Assembly (NCBI GenBank): GCA_951406725.2
Contig: OX597827.1
Span: 24,366,001 to 24,430,000, forward strand
DNA length: 64,000 bases
Direction: 5' to 3'
From: Octopus vulgaris
Lineage: Eukaryota
Shown here piece by piece: positions 40,585 through 54,040 of this stretch. The translations under genes and the position numbers were made by a program. Below the pieces are notes generated by a model. That model was not told where the DNA came from and searched no databases. It saw only the letters and a program-made list of their open reading frames with translations. Each line of letters starts with the position of its first letter. The stretch's first letter is position 1.

Positions 40585-40940
40585 TTTTATATTCAAGAGA
40601 TGAGGAATCATCTACATTATTCACATTATTTACGTTTGACGGATATTTGTCCTCATCATATTTGTTGTTAACACGTTTCGGCTCATATAACCTCCAGCCT
40701 TCATCAGGTGTCTTGGGGAAATTTCGAACCTAGGTTCTCGTTCCTAAGGTATTTTCCGATATTATTATTATTACCATTATTATTCAGGTCACTGCTTGGA
40801 ATCGAACTCGGAATCTTGGGGTTAGTAGCCTGCGCTCTTAACCACTATGCCATATGCCCAAGACACCTGATGAAGGCTGGAGGGTGTATCAGCCGCAATG
40901 TTGTGTTAACAACAAACAAGATGAGGACAAATATCCGTTG
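40585..40940 (-). mobile_element. tRNA-headed short element with hammerhead-like Penelope-type tail and partial inverted repeat
   Basis: Minus strand: A box TGGCATAGTGG, B box GAGTTCGATTCC, (AAT)n, then gacac-CTGATGA-aggct..agcc-GAAAC. 40858-40940 is an inverted copy of the tail. Confidence 0.7.
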
Positions 40941-41496
40941 AATCCCTGCACAGTACCTGCAGGCGCTCATAGACAGCATGCCGGCTGTCATTGCTGCCAA
41001 AGGAGGAGCAACAAGATATTAACTAAATTTCACGATTAATAACAATTATGTGGTATGCTGGGATATGTTTTAATAAATTTTTGATTAAAAACGAGTTCGT
41101 TTCAATGTAGAAATTTGAGAAGTGCTAATTAATTTCCGACGCAAGTGTATGTGACGACAATGATATACAGACATGCGTTCACACAGGTATATTCAGAGAA
41201 AGAAGGAAGGTGAGAAATTGATACTGAATGACTGCATAATGAATAGAGGACAGCAATAAGACATGTCTTGTTTTCTAAATTTCTTTTCTTCGTGATATGG
41301 TCACTGAATACACTGAATAAAAGCAAATTTCCCAGTTTTAGGAGGGGAAAATGCACTGGTATATCTATTCTCTTCTTCACAAATACATTGACACAAATAC
41401 AGACAAGCAGTGATACATTCACACCTACATCATCATCATCATCATCGTTTTATAAAGCAGTTCTGCTTGTCACTGTGTTACTTGGTCAATGTGATT

Positions 41497-44400
41497 GGAG
41501 AAAAAGTGAGAGAGTGAAAAGAAGGAAAGAGAAAAAGAGGGAGGGGGAAAAAGTGGGAGGGTGAAAAGAAGGAAAGAGAAAAAGAGGGAGGGAGAAAAGA
41601 AGGAAAGAGAAAAAGAGGAAGGGAGAGAAAGTGGGAGAGGGAAAAGAAATAAAGATAAAAGAGGGAGGGAGAAAAGTGGGAGAATGAAAAGAAGGAAAGA
41701 GAAAAGGAGGGAGGGAGAAAAAGTGGGAGAATGAAAAGAAGGAAAGAGAAAAAGAGGGAGGGAGAAAAAGTGGGAGAGTGAAAAGAAAGAAAGAGAAAAA
41801 GAGGGAGGGAGAAAAAGTGGGAGAATGAAAAGAAGGAAAGAGAAAAAGAGGGAGGGAGAAAAAGTGGAAGAGGGAAAAGAAGGAAAGAGAAAAAGAGGGA
41901 CAGAGAAAAAGTGGGAGAATGAAAAGAAGGAAAGAGAAAAAGAGGGAGGGAGAAAAAGTGGGAGAGGGAAAAGAAGGAAAGAGAAAAAGAGGGAGGGGGA
42001 AAAAGTGGGAGTTGAAAAGAAGGAAAGAGAAAAAGAGGGAGGGAGAAAAGAAGGAAAGAGAAAAAGAGGGAGGGAGAAAAAGTGGGAGAGGGAAAAGAAA
42101 TAAAGATAAAAGAGTGAGGGAGAAAAGTGGGAGAATGAAAAGAAGGAAAGAGAAAAAGAGGGAGGGAGAAAAAGTGGGAGAATGAAAAGAAGGAAAGAGA
42201 AAAAGAGGGAGGGAGAAAAAGTGGGAGAGTGAAAAGAAAGAAAGAGAAAAAGAGGGAGGGAGAAAAAGTGGGAGAATGAAAAGAAGGAAAGAGAAAAAGA
42301 GGGAGGGAGAAAAAGTGGAAGAGGGAAAAGAAGGAAAGAGAAAAAGAGGGACAGAGAAAAAGTGGGAGAATGAAAAGAAGGAAAGAGAAAAAGAGGGAGG
42401 GAGAAAAAGTGGGAGAGGGAAAAGAAGGAAAGAGAACAAGAGGGAGGGAGAAAAGTGGGAGAGTGAAAAGAAGGAAAAAGAGGGAGGGAGAAAAAGTGGG
42501 AGAATGAAAAGAAGGAAGAGAAAAGAGGGAGGGAGAAAAAGTGGGAGAGTGAAAAGAAGGAAAGAGAGGGAAGGAGAAAAAGTGGGAGAATGAAAAGCAG
42601 GAAAGAGAAAAAGAGGGAGGGAGAAAAAGTGGGAGAAGGAAAAGAAGGAAAAAGAAAAAGAGGGGGGAGAAAAAGTGGGAGAATGAAAAAAAGGAAAGAG
42701 AAAAAGAGGGAGGGAGAAAAGTGGGAGAGTGAAAAGAAGGAAAAAGAGGGAAGGAGAAAAAGTGGGAGAATGAAAAGCAGGAAAGAGAAAAAGAGGGAGG
42801 GAGAAAAAGTGGGAGAGGGAAAAGAAGGAAAGAGAAAAAGAGGGAGGGAGAAAAAGTGGGAGAGGGAAAAGAAGGAAAGAGAAAAAGAGGGAGGGAGAAA
42901 AAGTGGAACAATGAAAAGAAGGAAAAAGAAAAAGTGGGGGGGGGGGAGAAAAAGTGGGAGAATGAAAAGAAGGAAAGAGAAAAAGAGGGAGGGAGAAAAA
43001 GTGGGAGAGTGAAAAGAAGGAAAGAGAAAAAGAGGGAGAGGGAAAAGAAGGAAAAAGAAAAAGAGGGAGGGAGAAAAAGTGGGAGAGGGAAAACAAGGAA
43101 AGAGAAAAAGAGGGAGGGAGAAAAAGTGGGAGAGTGAAAAGAAGGAAAGAGAAAAAGAGGGAGGGAGAAAAAGTGGGAGATTGAAAAGAAGGAAAGAGAA
43201 AAAGAGGGAGGGAGAAAAAGTGGCAGAGGGAAAAGAAGGAAAGAGAAAAAGTGGGAGAATGAAAAGAAGGAAAGAGAAAAAGAGGGAGGGAGAAAAAGTG
43301 TGAGAGGGAAAAGAAGGAAAGAGAAAAAGAGGGAGGGAGAAAAAGTGGGAGAATGAAAAGAAGGAAAGAGAAAAAGAGGGAGGGAGAAAAAGTGGCAGAG
43401 GGAAAAGAAGGAAAGAGAAAAAGAGGGAGAGAGAAAAAGTGGGAGAATGAAAAGAAGGAAAGAGAAAAAGAGGGAGGGAGAAAAAGTGGGAGAGTGAAAA
43501 GAAGGAAAGTGAAAAAGCGGGAGGGAGAAAAAGTGGGAGAGGGAAAAGAAGGAAGGAGAAAAAGAGGGAGGGAGAAAAGTGGGAGAGTGAAAAGAAGGAA
43601 AAAGAGGGAGGGAGAAAAAGTGGGAGAGGGAAAAGAAGGAAAAAGAAAAAGAGGGAGGGAGAAAAAGTGTGAGAATGAAAAGAAGGAAAGAGAAAAAGAG
43701 GGAGGGAGAAAAAGTGGGAGTGTGAAAAGAAGGAAAGAGAAAAAGAGGGAGAGAGAAAAAGTGGAAGAATGAAAAGAAGGAAAGAGAAAAAGAGGGAGGG
43801 AGAAAAAGTGGGAGAATGAAAAGAAGGAAAGAGAAAAAGCGGGAGGGAGAAAAAGTTTTTCTCTTTCCTTCTTTTCACTCTCCCACTTTTCTCCCTCCCT
43901 CTTTTTCTCTTTTCACTCTCCCACTTTTCTCCCTCTCTCTTTTTCTCTCTCCCTCTTTTCATTTTCCTACTTTTTCTCCCTCCCTCTTTTTCTCTTTCCT
44001 TCTTTTCACTCTCCCTCTTTTTCCTTCTTTTCACTCTCCCACTTTTCTCCCTCCCTCTTTTTCTCTTTCCTTCTTTTCCCTCTCCCACTTTTTCTCCCTC
44101 CCGCTTTTTCTCTTTCCTTCTTTTCACTCTCCCACTTTTTCCTTCTTTTCACTCTCCCACTTTTCTCCCTCTTTATACAGAAAGAGAAAAAGAGGGAGGG
44201 AGAAAAAGTGGGAGAGTGAAAAGAAGGAAAGAGAAACACGGGAGGGAGAAAAAGTGGGAGAGGGAAAAGAAGGAAAGAGAAAAAGAGGGAGGGAGAAAAG
44301 TGGGAGAGTGAAAAGAAGGAAAAAGAGGGAGGGAGAAAAAGTGGCAGAGGGAAAAGAAGGAAAAAGAAAAAGAGGGAGGGAGAAAAAGTGGGAGAATGAA

Positions 44401-45130
44401 AAGAAGGAAAGAGAAAAAGAGGGAGGGAGAAAAAGTGGGAGTGTGAAAAGAAGGAAAGAGAAAAAGAGGGAGGGAGAAAAAGTGGGAGAATGAAAAGAAG
44501 GAAAGAGAAAAAGAGGGAGGGAGAAAAAGTGGCAGAGGGAAAAGAAGGAAAGAGAAAAAGAGGGAGAGGGAAAAGAAGGAAAAAGAAAAAGAGGGAGGGA
44601 AAAGAAGGAAAGAGAAAAAGAGGGAGGGAGAAAAAGTGGGAGAATGAAAAGAAGGAAAAAGAAAAAGAGGGGGGGAGAGAAAAAGTGGGAGAATGAAAAG
44701 AAGGAAAGAGAAAAAGAGGGAGGGAGAAAAAGTGGGAGAATGAAAAGAAGGAAAGAGAAAAAGAGGGAGGGAGAAAAAGTGGGAGAGTGAAAAGAAGGAA
44801 AGAGAAAAAGAGGGAGGGAGAAAAAGTGGGAGAGTGAAAAGAAGGAAAGAGAAAAAGAGGGAGGGAGAAAAAGTGGGAGAGTGAAAAGAAGGAAAGAGAA
44901 AAAGAGGGAGGGAGAAAAAGTGGGAGAGTGAAAAGAAGGAAAGAGAAAAAGAGGGAGAGGGAAGAGAAGGAAAGAGAAAAAGAGGGAGGGAGAAAAAGTG
45001 GGAGAGGGAAAAGAAGGAAAGAGAAAAAGAGGGAGGGAGAAAAAGTGGGAGAGAAAAGGAAAGAGAAAAAGTGGGAGAATGAAAAGAAGGAGAGAGAAAA
45101 AGAGGGGGAGAGAAAAAGTGGGAGAGTGAC
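41497..45130. repeat. Purine-rich ~47-bp satellite with internal inversion
   Basis: Unit GAGAAAAAGTGGGAGAATGAAAAGAAGGAAAGAGAAAAAGAGGGAGG; reverse-complement block at about 43857-44175. Confidence 0.95.
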
Positions 45131-46899
45131 TTGAGGTAGGGGGAACGTAATTGTAATGCTTTCACATGATTAGTTGAAGGGAAAGAGAGGAGAAAGGAAA
45201 GAGAGAGAGAGAGAGAGACAAAGGGCATAAGGCGAAGAGTAAGACAGAAAGAGGGTGAGAGAAAAAGAGGGAGAGAAAGGCGTCCATGACGTGAGGTAGG
45301 GGGAATGTAATTGTAATGCCTTTACATGTTTAGTTGTAGGGAAAGAGAGCAGAAAGGAAAAGTTGAGAGAAAAAGAGGATAAGGTAAAGAGTGAGACGGA
45401 AAGAGGGAGAGAGAAGTGTCCATGAAGTGAAGTAAGAGGAACATAATATGGTTAAAAATGTTAGTTGAAGGTAGAGGAAGAAAATTAAAAATATAATTTT
45501 AGCAGAGGGGTAATGTTCTGATGGTGCGGTTAAAGAAAGGTAGAGGGAGAGAGAGGATGGGGAGAGAAAGAGATAATGATGATGATGGTGGTGGTAGGGA
45601 TAAAGGCGATGGTGAATGGATGGCGAAAAGTGTATTTTTTCTTTTAACTGAACTAAGTTTTTTACATCACTTGTCACTTAACGCATATGCATAAGTGCAA
45701 TTCTGTGAAATATTCACGCTTATTTACGCAGCAGATATATGCTATTTAACTAAAAGTTGTATCATATGTACGGGGCATTTTTTCTGTTTATGGAAAAAAT
45801 GGAAAAATAAATGTGAATATTCATTTAATGAGTGGTGTGTATTTAGTCTATAAAATTCTGCATAAAGTATATATAAAGTGTATATATAAAGTCCATTAAA
45901 CAATCATCGTATTCCAATTTGCTTCACTTTTCAATGCGTAGCAGACGAGTGACTATCTTTCCATACAGACACAACACAGGTTACGCTTTCAGGTTTTTGG
46001 GGTAAAGTTTTCAGAAATAACCCAATAGGTTTACCATTAATTCTGTGAAATATTCATGGGTCCAACTAGTCATCTTCATTTAATGTCTGTCATTGTTGCT
46101 GGCATGGGTTGGACAGTTTGACAGGAGCTGGCAAGCCAGAGGATGGCGCCAAGCCACACTGTCGGCTTTGAATTTTTTCTATAGCTGGATGTCCTCCCTA
46201 ACGCCACCTACTTTACAGAGTTGGGTGGGGTGCTTTGTTTTGTAGCACCAGCACTGGTGGGGGTTGCCAAATAGTTTGTAAGACAAAAGCCCCCTGGACT
46301 GGGAGAGGAAGTAACATTGGGGGAGGTGGTTTTTGTACCTGGTGATGTGGAGTTAGGAAGAATTATCGAGGGATGGAGATAGTGTCTTTCTGTAGGAGAG
46401 ACAGAAGGATATCCCAGTTGGAGAAGAAGAAAGGAGAGAAAGATAGAAAGGGAGAGAGGGAGAAAGAGATGGTGGTGGAGATGTGTTGGAATGCACCCTT
46501 GAGGCAGAGTGGAGGGTGGAAATAAGTGAAGTGACACAGAGGATTGGAGAGGGTGAGTGAGCAGGAGCGGAGAATAGAGGTGTGAGCAGAGATGGTTGGA
46601 GAAGGAGTAGAGGTGGTCGTAATGAGTGATGGTGAGAGATATATATTCCTGTGGGAAACATGTCATCAGAAAAAGTGCTACCTTCTCCAAAGTAACACAT
46701 AAGTGCTACCTTTATTGAAGTAATACCTGACAATGTTTATTTTTTTTTTTGAAATTTAAAACCAATATATTTTTTCTAACTAAAAAACTCTTAGCTTTAA
46801 TTATTTCAAACTAACTCCAGATGTTTTTATTATTTGTATTCTTTTGTACATAAATCAATAACATTATTATATAGTTACATATCATCAGCGTTGTTGCCA

Positions 46900-47260
46900 C
46901 CAACACCACCACCACCACTGTCAATGACTATGATGATGATGACAATGACATTGATGACGATGATGATGACAACAATGACAATGATGATGATGACGACGAT
47001 GACAGCAATGATGACAACAGCGACGACAATGATGATGACAACAGCGACGACAATGATGATGACAACAGCGATGACAATGATGATGACAACAGCGACGACG
47101 ATGACGATGACAATGATGATGATGGTGACGATGATGACAATGATGACGATGACAATGACGACAGTGATAATGACAGTGACAATGATGACGACAACAATAA
47201 CAATGATGACTATAATGATGATGACGGCAATGATGACGACGACGACGATGATGATGACAA
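46900..47260. repeat. Compound (GAT/GAC/AAT)n trinucleotide repeat
   Basis: Direct reading. Confidence 0.95.
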
Positions 47261-48015
47261 TCCTTTCTACTATAGGCAGAAGGCCTGAAAGTTTGGGGCA
47301 GGGTTCAAGTGGGGACTGCACTAAGGAGTTTTTACAGCTGGTGTCCAAGTCACTCTCAAGACAAGACCCTTGAATGGAGGGGAGGAGTAGAATGTGATGG
47401 AAATGGAGGAAAGAATGGCAGTTCTAAGGAGCTGGGTGTGTGTGTGGTGATGTTGGACTTGTTTGGATATCTGAGGATGCAGATGCCAGGACAGGCCGAA
47501 TAGTTCTTTGGTTTCATCTCAGTCACAGCAGGTGTCTTCTCAATGAATTCAGGACTTCAAATGTTGGAGTTCATTGTCTGAGTTAACCAATAATATTTTC
47601 TTAAATGTCCTTTTCATCATTTTAATGGTATAATGGCATCTGAAAATCTTGGTTGTTATTTTGTTCCATAGTTTATGTTCTTCTGCTGCAAATATTTTGA
47701 ATTAGAAAAAAAAAAAAACACTGACCACCTCCAGCATGTAATAGACTAAGGGAAGAACGTTTAAGCAATTGAACAAAATGACCACTATCTTCACATGCTG
47801 TATATTGGTACATCTTCATATGACCCCCGCCCCAAAACGTGGTATTGCCAGTCGATATCACCAGAATGTAGCTAGCATAATTAAATAGGTGCTTAGGAAG
47901 GGCATCCAGCTGTAAAAACTATGCCAAAACAGACATAGAAGTCTGGTGCAGGCTCCTGCCTGACCAGCTCTAGTGAAACCATCCAACCCATGCTAGCATG
48001 GAAGGAGGACGTTAA

Positions 48016-48048
<33 letters not shown>

Positions 48049-48107
48049 CAAAATGTTTCCTGTATACAAACTTATAGAATATATATGGATATATATATAT
48101 ATATACA

Positions 48108-48493
48108 TATACTCTTTTACTTGTTTCAGTCATTTGACTGTGGCCATGCTGGAGCAATGCCTTTAGTCGAGCAAATCAACCCCAGGACGTATTCTTTGTA
48201 AGCCTAGTACTTATTCTAGCGACTATTTTGCCGAACCGCTAAGTTACAGGGACGTAAACACACCAGCATCGGTTGTCAAGCAATGTTAGGGGGACAAACA
48301 CACACACACATATATATATACATATATACGACGGGCTTCTTTCAGTTTCCGTCTACCAAATCCACTCACAAGGCTTTGGTTGGCCCGAGGCTATAGTAGA
48401 AGACACTTGCCCAAGGTGCCACGCAGTGGGACTGAACCCAGTACCATGTAGTTGGTAAGCAAGCTACTTACTACACAGCCACTCCTACGCCTA
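48108..48493 (-). mobile_element. SINE family A
   Basis: Full-length reverse match. Confidence 0.9.
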
Positions 48494-49011
48494 TATATAT
48501 GTATGTATATATATCAAATTAAATATGCAACCAAAAGAGCTACGAATAGTTTCATGCTATCAGGATACTTGAACAGACACATCTATAAAATGTGCCATGT
48601 ATCTTAAAGTAACTTTTCAGGCTCTGCTTATGCGATGTACGTAAATTTTTAAAAAAATCAAGGATGCTGGTCAGTAAGAAAATACGAAAAAACATGAAGA
48701 AAATTGGTGCAAAAAATGGTATGAGAAAAAAGAAATGAAATCAAGAATTATGATCCTTGCCCCTCCCTCTCGCCCACTGATTGTAGAAAGCTCAAAAATA
48801 CATCAGGTTTAGAACACAAAACAGAAAATATGCCTAAGTCTCAAGACTCAATCCAGAATGGGTGTGCCTTCCAATTCAATAAAAGAAACTTCATGTGTCT
48901 ACACCTGCTAAAAATTTCAGACCTTGAATTAAGCAGTGTTGGAATTACTGAATCAAAGAAGATTATGAGATTTTTCTGCTATGCTTAAGTTGCATTTCTT
49001 AGATCCATTAA

Positions 49012-49510
49012 CCTCTTGATGCTGGTATTACCCGAAGCAAGTGAGACACTGCTCTGTTTTTTTTTTATCTAATGAGGTGACACAAACACACAAGTGCCAA
49101 CGAGCTCGCGTCTATTTACGTTCACCGTTACAATAACATGGCGTCGTACATTTACATCTACCGGCTATTTATCATATTATGATATGTACGAGTTATTCTG
49201 CTCAAGTCCAAAAAATAGCTTGTGTGTGGTGCAACTCAAAACACGGTATTATACATATAAAATATCCGCATGTCATTGGTCTACTGCTAGTCTCGTGACT
49301 TGAACGTAACCTAAAATAGCTAAGATAATGCACAGGAGGGCGAGCGTGCGCACCTCAAGTGATAAAGTACATGATAGCAAATGTAAACATACGTCAGCCG
49401 CTGAAAAGTCCATGATAGATGTAGGGCAGCTCTACATTGTATATTTACATTGACCGCAGGTAGGCAAGCAAAAGTGTGATTGCATTTTTGCGTCAACTGT
49501 TGTCAAGGGG
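49012..49510. mobile_element. piggyBac-type MITE (third family)
   Basis: TTAA-CCTCTTGA...TCAAGGGG-TTAA. Confidence 0.65.
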
Positions 49511-49609
49511 TTAACATATAACTTGGCTTTCTCCACTATTCCCTACTTAATTGTATTTTCAAATTCCTCTTCGAATTCCATATATGGCTTGCCAACTAAG
49601 TTGCATTAC

Positions 49610-49870
49610 TTTTAAGGTTCCTTTCATCAGCCAATCCCACCTATTTTTCCTGCAACTTCTATCATGACTGTATGGAATTGATTGTGTAGCCCCTTCTTGT
49701 GTAATTTTTCTTCATGTCCATTTTTTGTACTTCTTCTTTTGTTTTCCCTTTTTTCTCTGCTCTCAATAATCCCTTGCTCCTAACTCTCACTAGCAAGGTT
49801 TCCTTACTTTGGGCTAGGGATCTCATTAAGCTCTCAAGTTCAATGCAGTCTTCCTCCATTTGCTATCTTC
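49610..49870 (-). mobile_element. R4/Dong-type retrotransposon fragment
   Basis: EDCIELE..SL....SKETLL and, after a frameshift, WDWLMKGTLK. Confidence 0.55.
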
Positions 49871-50179
49871 CTATTATTATTATTAGATGTGCTGTAAAAA
49901 AGATAAGTGGTTTGCATAACATCTCTTGAATTCACCCTCATGTAACCCAATGTAATTCTTCTTTCCAATTGATTTGTCAAAGAGTGTAGCTGTAACTTTG
50001 GCCTCATATATAATGGAATTTATCATACATGCCTGGTCAAGTGGGTAAGTTTCAGGGTCTCAGTAGTTACAACTGAAAGTGGTTGCATGGTGATTTTTGG
50101 GAGTTTTTCATATTGGTACAATAGTTATATGATATGCTTACTGAGTGGCAATTAAAAATTTTCCTGTATTTATGATTTA

Positions 50180-50189
50180 TATCTATCTC

Positions 50190-50246
<57 letters not shown>

Positions 50247-50284
50247 TTATCTATCTATCTACCTACCTATCTATCTGTCTATCA

Positions 50285-50357
<73 letters not shown>

Positions 50358-50386
50358 CCTACCTATCTACCTACCTACCTACCTAC

Positions 50387-50426
<40 letters not shown>

Positions 50427-50518
50427 TTATCTATCTATCTACCTACCTATCTATCTGTCTATCAATCTATCTATCTATCTATCTATCTATCTACCTACCT
50501 ACCTACCTACCTACCTAC

Positions 50519-50563
<45 letters not shown>
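50180..50563. repeat. (ATCT)n/(ACCT)n tetranucleotide repeat
   Basis: Direct reading; contains an internal higher-order repeat 180 bp apart (ctgtctatcaatct). Confidence 0.95.
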
Positions 50564-51029
50564 CATCCCTACACATTTCAATGTGTGTGTGTGTATGTGT
50601 GTGTGTGCATACATGCGCATTTGTGTGCACTTGTGAGCTTTTTCTAAATTTATAACTTTAGAAAATGAATAAATGTGGTGTCGTTTGATCTGCTACAAAG
50701 TGAAAAACACTGCATTGAGAGCAGCTGGCTTTGACCTTTTGAAAGCAGTCGTTAGGAAAACAAACAATGACAGCTGTTTAAGCAGAGATTATACTGAAAG
50801 ACTGGATAGAGGAGGAGGAGGAAGGACGAAAACAAGAAATGACTACTTGGCATATAAGAGTGTGTGTGTGTAAGTATGTGAGCCTGTTCATGCATAAGGT
50901 CAAAACCACAGGTGCTGCTCATAACTATTATTATTATAGACATTGCACAGTAAACAATATCGTGAGGTCATTGATTAAAGATATTGTTTCTCCTGGGGTG
51001 GGTGGGGGGGGTGTACTGTTTGTCAAGTC

Positions 51030-51115
51030 ACAACAAGGACCTTAGACAGGCAGTACTTTACGCAATATGCCTGCAGTTCCAAGTAATACCGACTTTTGCA
51101 ATAGGTTTGTTCCTT
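51030..51115 (-). mobile_element. R4/Dong-type 3' end fragment
   Basis: LLQKSVLLGTAGILRKVL*. Confidence 0.65.
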
Positions 51116-51284
51116 CTCAAGCTATGCCTGGCTCATAAGGGCCGATTTCTCGGTTTCCTTGCCATATAGGTTCCCCACCTGCACGGGATGCCAGTCCGTC
51201 GTAGGTGAGCTGCAAGATGCAGGAGGAAAGAGTGAGAGAAAGTTGTGGCGAAAGAGTCAGCAGAAGTTCGCTATTACCTTCTGT

Positions 51285-51495
51285 GGAGAGTACACGGCAT
51301 AAAATGTGTGCAGAACCTAGCAACACTATTTTCTGAAGTTCTCCCATGTTAACACTGCAAGGGGATTTGTTGAGCTGCTTATAAAGGCCCTTTTTAATTA
51401 GCCCTAATGCTCCAATCACCACTGGTGCTGTGCTGCTTTTCATTCCCCACATCTTGGTCACTTCTATTTCTAGGTCTTTGTACTTAAATAACTTC
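51285..51495 (-). mobile_element. R4/Dong-type (RLE endonuclease) retrotransposon fragment
   Basis: KYKDLEIEVTKMW...PVVIGALG...LQKIVLLGSAHILCRVL. Confidence 0.8.
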
Positions 51496-51908
51496 TCTGT
51501 AGTGGGTGCTTTTTACATGCCACTTGCACAGGGGCTAGAGGAGCTGGCATCAACCACAATTGGATGGTGCTTTTTATGTGCCACCAGCACTGGCTTCGGC
51601 CACGTTCGAATGGTCCTTTTTACGTGCTACAGGCATGGGTTCACAACTACAATTTCCATTTGATTTGACTTTGATATTGATGTTGATGTTGACGATTACA
51701 AGAAATATTAAATGAAAAATAAAATTAATCAAATATATACATAACAATAATAACTGTTACTCCTTTCACTAATGGAAAAGCAAACTATGAATTTGTGAGG
51801 CAAGACAATACTCTCCCTTATCACAGAGAAGGACCAATCATCTGAGAAGTCACATTTGAATTTTTATAAATCTAGTTTAAACAGAAAAAAAATGCTCCTT
51901 TTTTTTTG

Positions 51909-52789
51909 TAAGTTAGTTAGTTAATTAATTTTTTGGCTCAAAAAGCAAAAAGCAAGGCCATGTAAGGGGACATGGAGTTATGTACAGGGTGGTGTTCATG
52001 TAAAGAGTTCAGGCCACTTGTGATCAAGGGAGACTTTGAACCGAGCGGTTGTCGGCATCTTCACCATCTCGTTCGGCAGCTTATTCCACGGATCCGCAAC
52101 CCAGATGGAGAAAGCCCCTCTCCTTCGATTGAGATGAAATCGTCGCAGATAGAGCTTTTTGGAATTACCCCGCAGCCGACGCTCTGGAGCAGGAGTGAAG
52201 AACAGCTCTTTCGAGAGGTTACAATTTCCGCTTATGATGTTGTGAGCAAGAATGAGATCACCACGGCATCGTCGTTTTTCTAGAGAATAAAGGTCAAACG
52301 TCTTCAGCCTTTCTTCATAAGACAAATTCTTGAGACCAAGAACCATGCGAGTAGCCAGCTTCTGGACTCTTTCGAGATGCTGTATGTCTTTGAGGAGATA
52401 AGGAGAAGAGGCTTGAATCCCGTACTCCAATATGGGTCTCACCAGTGTGACATAGAGCGGTAGGAATATGGCTGCTGTGAGCATCCCAAATGACCGTCGA
52501 ATCAAGAACAGAACTCCGCGTGCTTTGTTGGCAGCTTGGACGCACTGGGCCGAAGGCGAAAAGGAGGAATCCACCAAGATACCCAGGTCCTTTACCTGAT
52601 CAGTCCTCTCCAGCAGCAGACGACCCGGCTCGAAATCAAATTGAGTTGCAGGAGGAGAGCCAACAGGCAGATGACAGCACTTTGACACATTCAGACACAG
52701 GTCCCATTCGTTAGACCATCTCCAAATTTGGTGGAGGCATTGACGAAGATCTTCTATATCACCGCGAGGAGCGGCCAGTTTGACATCGG
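51909..52789 (-). mobile_element. 5'-truncated CR1-clade LINE
   Basis: Open frame DVKL..W..W.L.LNVSKC..KDLGILVD..LYVTLVRPILEYG..LERVQK.ATRMV.GL..LSYEERLK..LYSLEKRR.RGDLI; (TAAC)n tail. Confidence 0.92.
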
Positions 52790-52809
52790 ATAAACTCTAA
52801 TCTAAGACA

Positions 52810-53562
52810 TGTGGCTGATGCTGTTCTATTTGCCAAGAGCGAAAATAGATTACAAGAAGCAATAAATGGAGTTGATGAGGTATCAAATGAGCATGATCTT
52901 TATCTCGACTCTAAGGAAACAGAAGTCATGGCAGTCAGAAAAGAGAAAGTAAATGTTAACATCCAACGGGGAAGTGAGAGGCTCAAACAGGTTGAGTTGT
53001 ACAAGTATCTTTGAGTCCAAATCTCTGATGAAATTGTAAGAAAGAGATTAGAAAATGGTTAGCCATGGCAAGAATGTCCACGGAAATGACTAATAACATC
53101 TGGAGCAACAAAAGAATCCCCAACTAAGTTAAAAAAAACAAGGTTGATGCAAGCATTCATTTGGCCAAGTAGCTTTTATAGTTGTGAAGCATGGACTCTG
53201 AACAAATTTGAAGACAATATGATCACAGTGCATCTGAAATGTGGGTGTATATGAGAATGTTACGAATCTCTTACAAGGACCATTGGATAAATGAATTTGT
53301 GTTCCAACTAACAGGTGAATGACAACAACACCTGAACATTGTGAAAAATGAAAGCTCATCTGTTTTGGCCATATTTGAAGAAGCAAGGGTTTGGAAAACA
53401 TTATCATGGAAAGAAGAGAAGAGGGCGGTGGATCAAACGGTAGACAAAGAACGCAATGAAAGGACAAGATTGGCAAGGCAGTTTGAGGACCGAGATTAAT
53501 CAGAAAGACTCTCATTGTTGTGTCATCAGTGGGATGCAGGTATTCAATACATGATGATGACA
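52810..53562 (+). mobile_element. Degenerate RTE-clade LINE 3' fragment
   Basis: ADAVLFAKSENRLQ..KETEVM..QVELYKYL, CEAWTL-like motif, (GAT)n tail. Confidence 0.75.
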
Positions 53563-53635
53563 ATCAACTTAGGTACAGAGATGGTGGCAGTGTTTAATGT
53601 TTTGAATTTGAATTTTCAAGTTAGAAATAAATTAT

Positions 53636-54040
53636 AAGCACAGGTGTGGATGTGTGGTAAGAAATTTGTTTCCCAGCCACATGGTTCTGGGTTCAGTCCT
53701 GCTGCATGGCACCTTGAACAAGTGTCTTCTATATAGCCTCAGGCTAATCAAAGCCGTGTGAGTGGATTTGATACAAGGAAACTGAAAGAAGCTTGCTATG
53801 TATATATATTTATGTGTGTGTGTATCTTTGTTTGTCCCCACCACTGCTTGATATATGGTGTTGGTGTGTTTACGTCCTTGTAACTCAGTGGTTCAGCAAA
53901 AGGGACTAATAGAATAAGTACCAAGCTTAAAAAAAAAAAATTATCAACACTGGGATCAATTCATTCCCTAAAAAAATTCTTCAAGGCAGTGCCCCAGCAT
54001 GGCCACAGTGTAGTGAGTGAAACAAGTAAAAAGATAAAAG
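53636..54040 (+). mobile_element. SINE family A (older subfamily)
   Basis: Full-length diverged match; a similar copy lies at 62046-62395 and a 3' part at 35570-35730. Confidence 0.85.

Noticed and set aside
41470-45228. Long ORFs (885, 536, 477, 351 aa) rich in F/S/L/P or K/R/E/G
   Set aside because: Translations of the purine satellite; open in several frames only because the unit lacks stops.
46834-47373. Poly-Met/Thr, poly-Ile/Val and poly-Ser ORFs
   Set aside because: Trinucleotide microsatellite.
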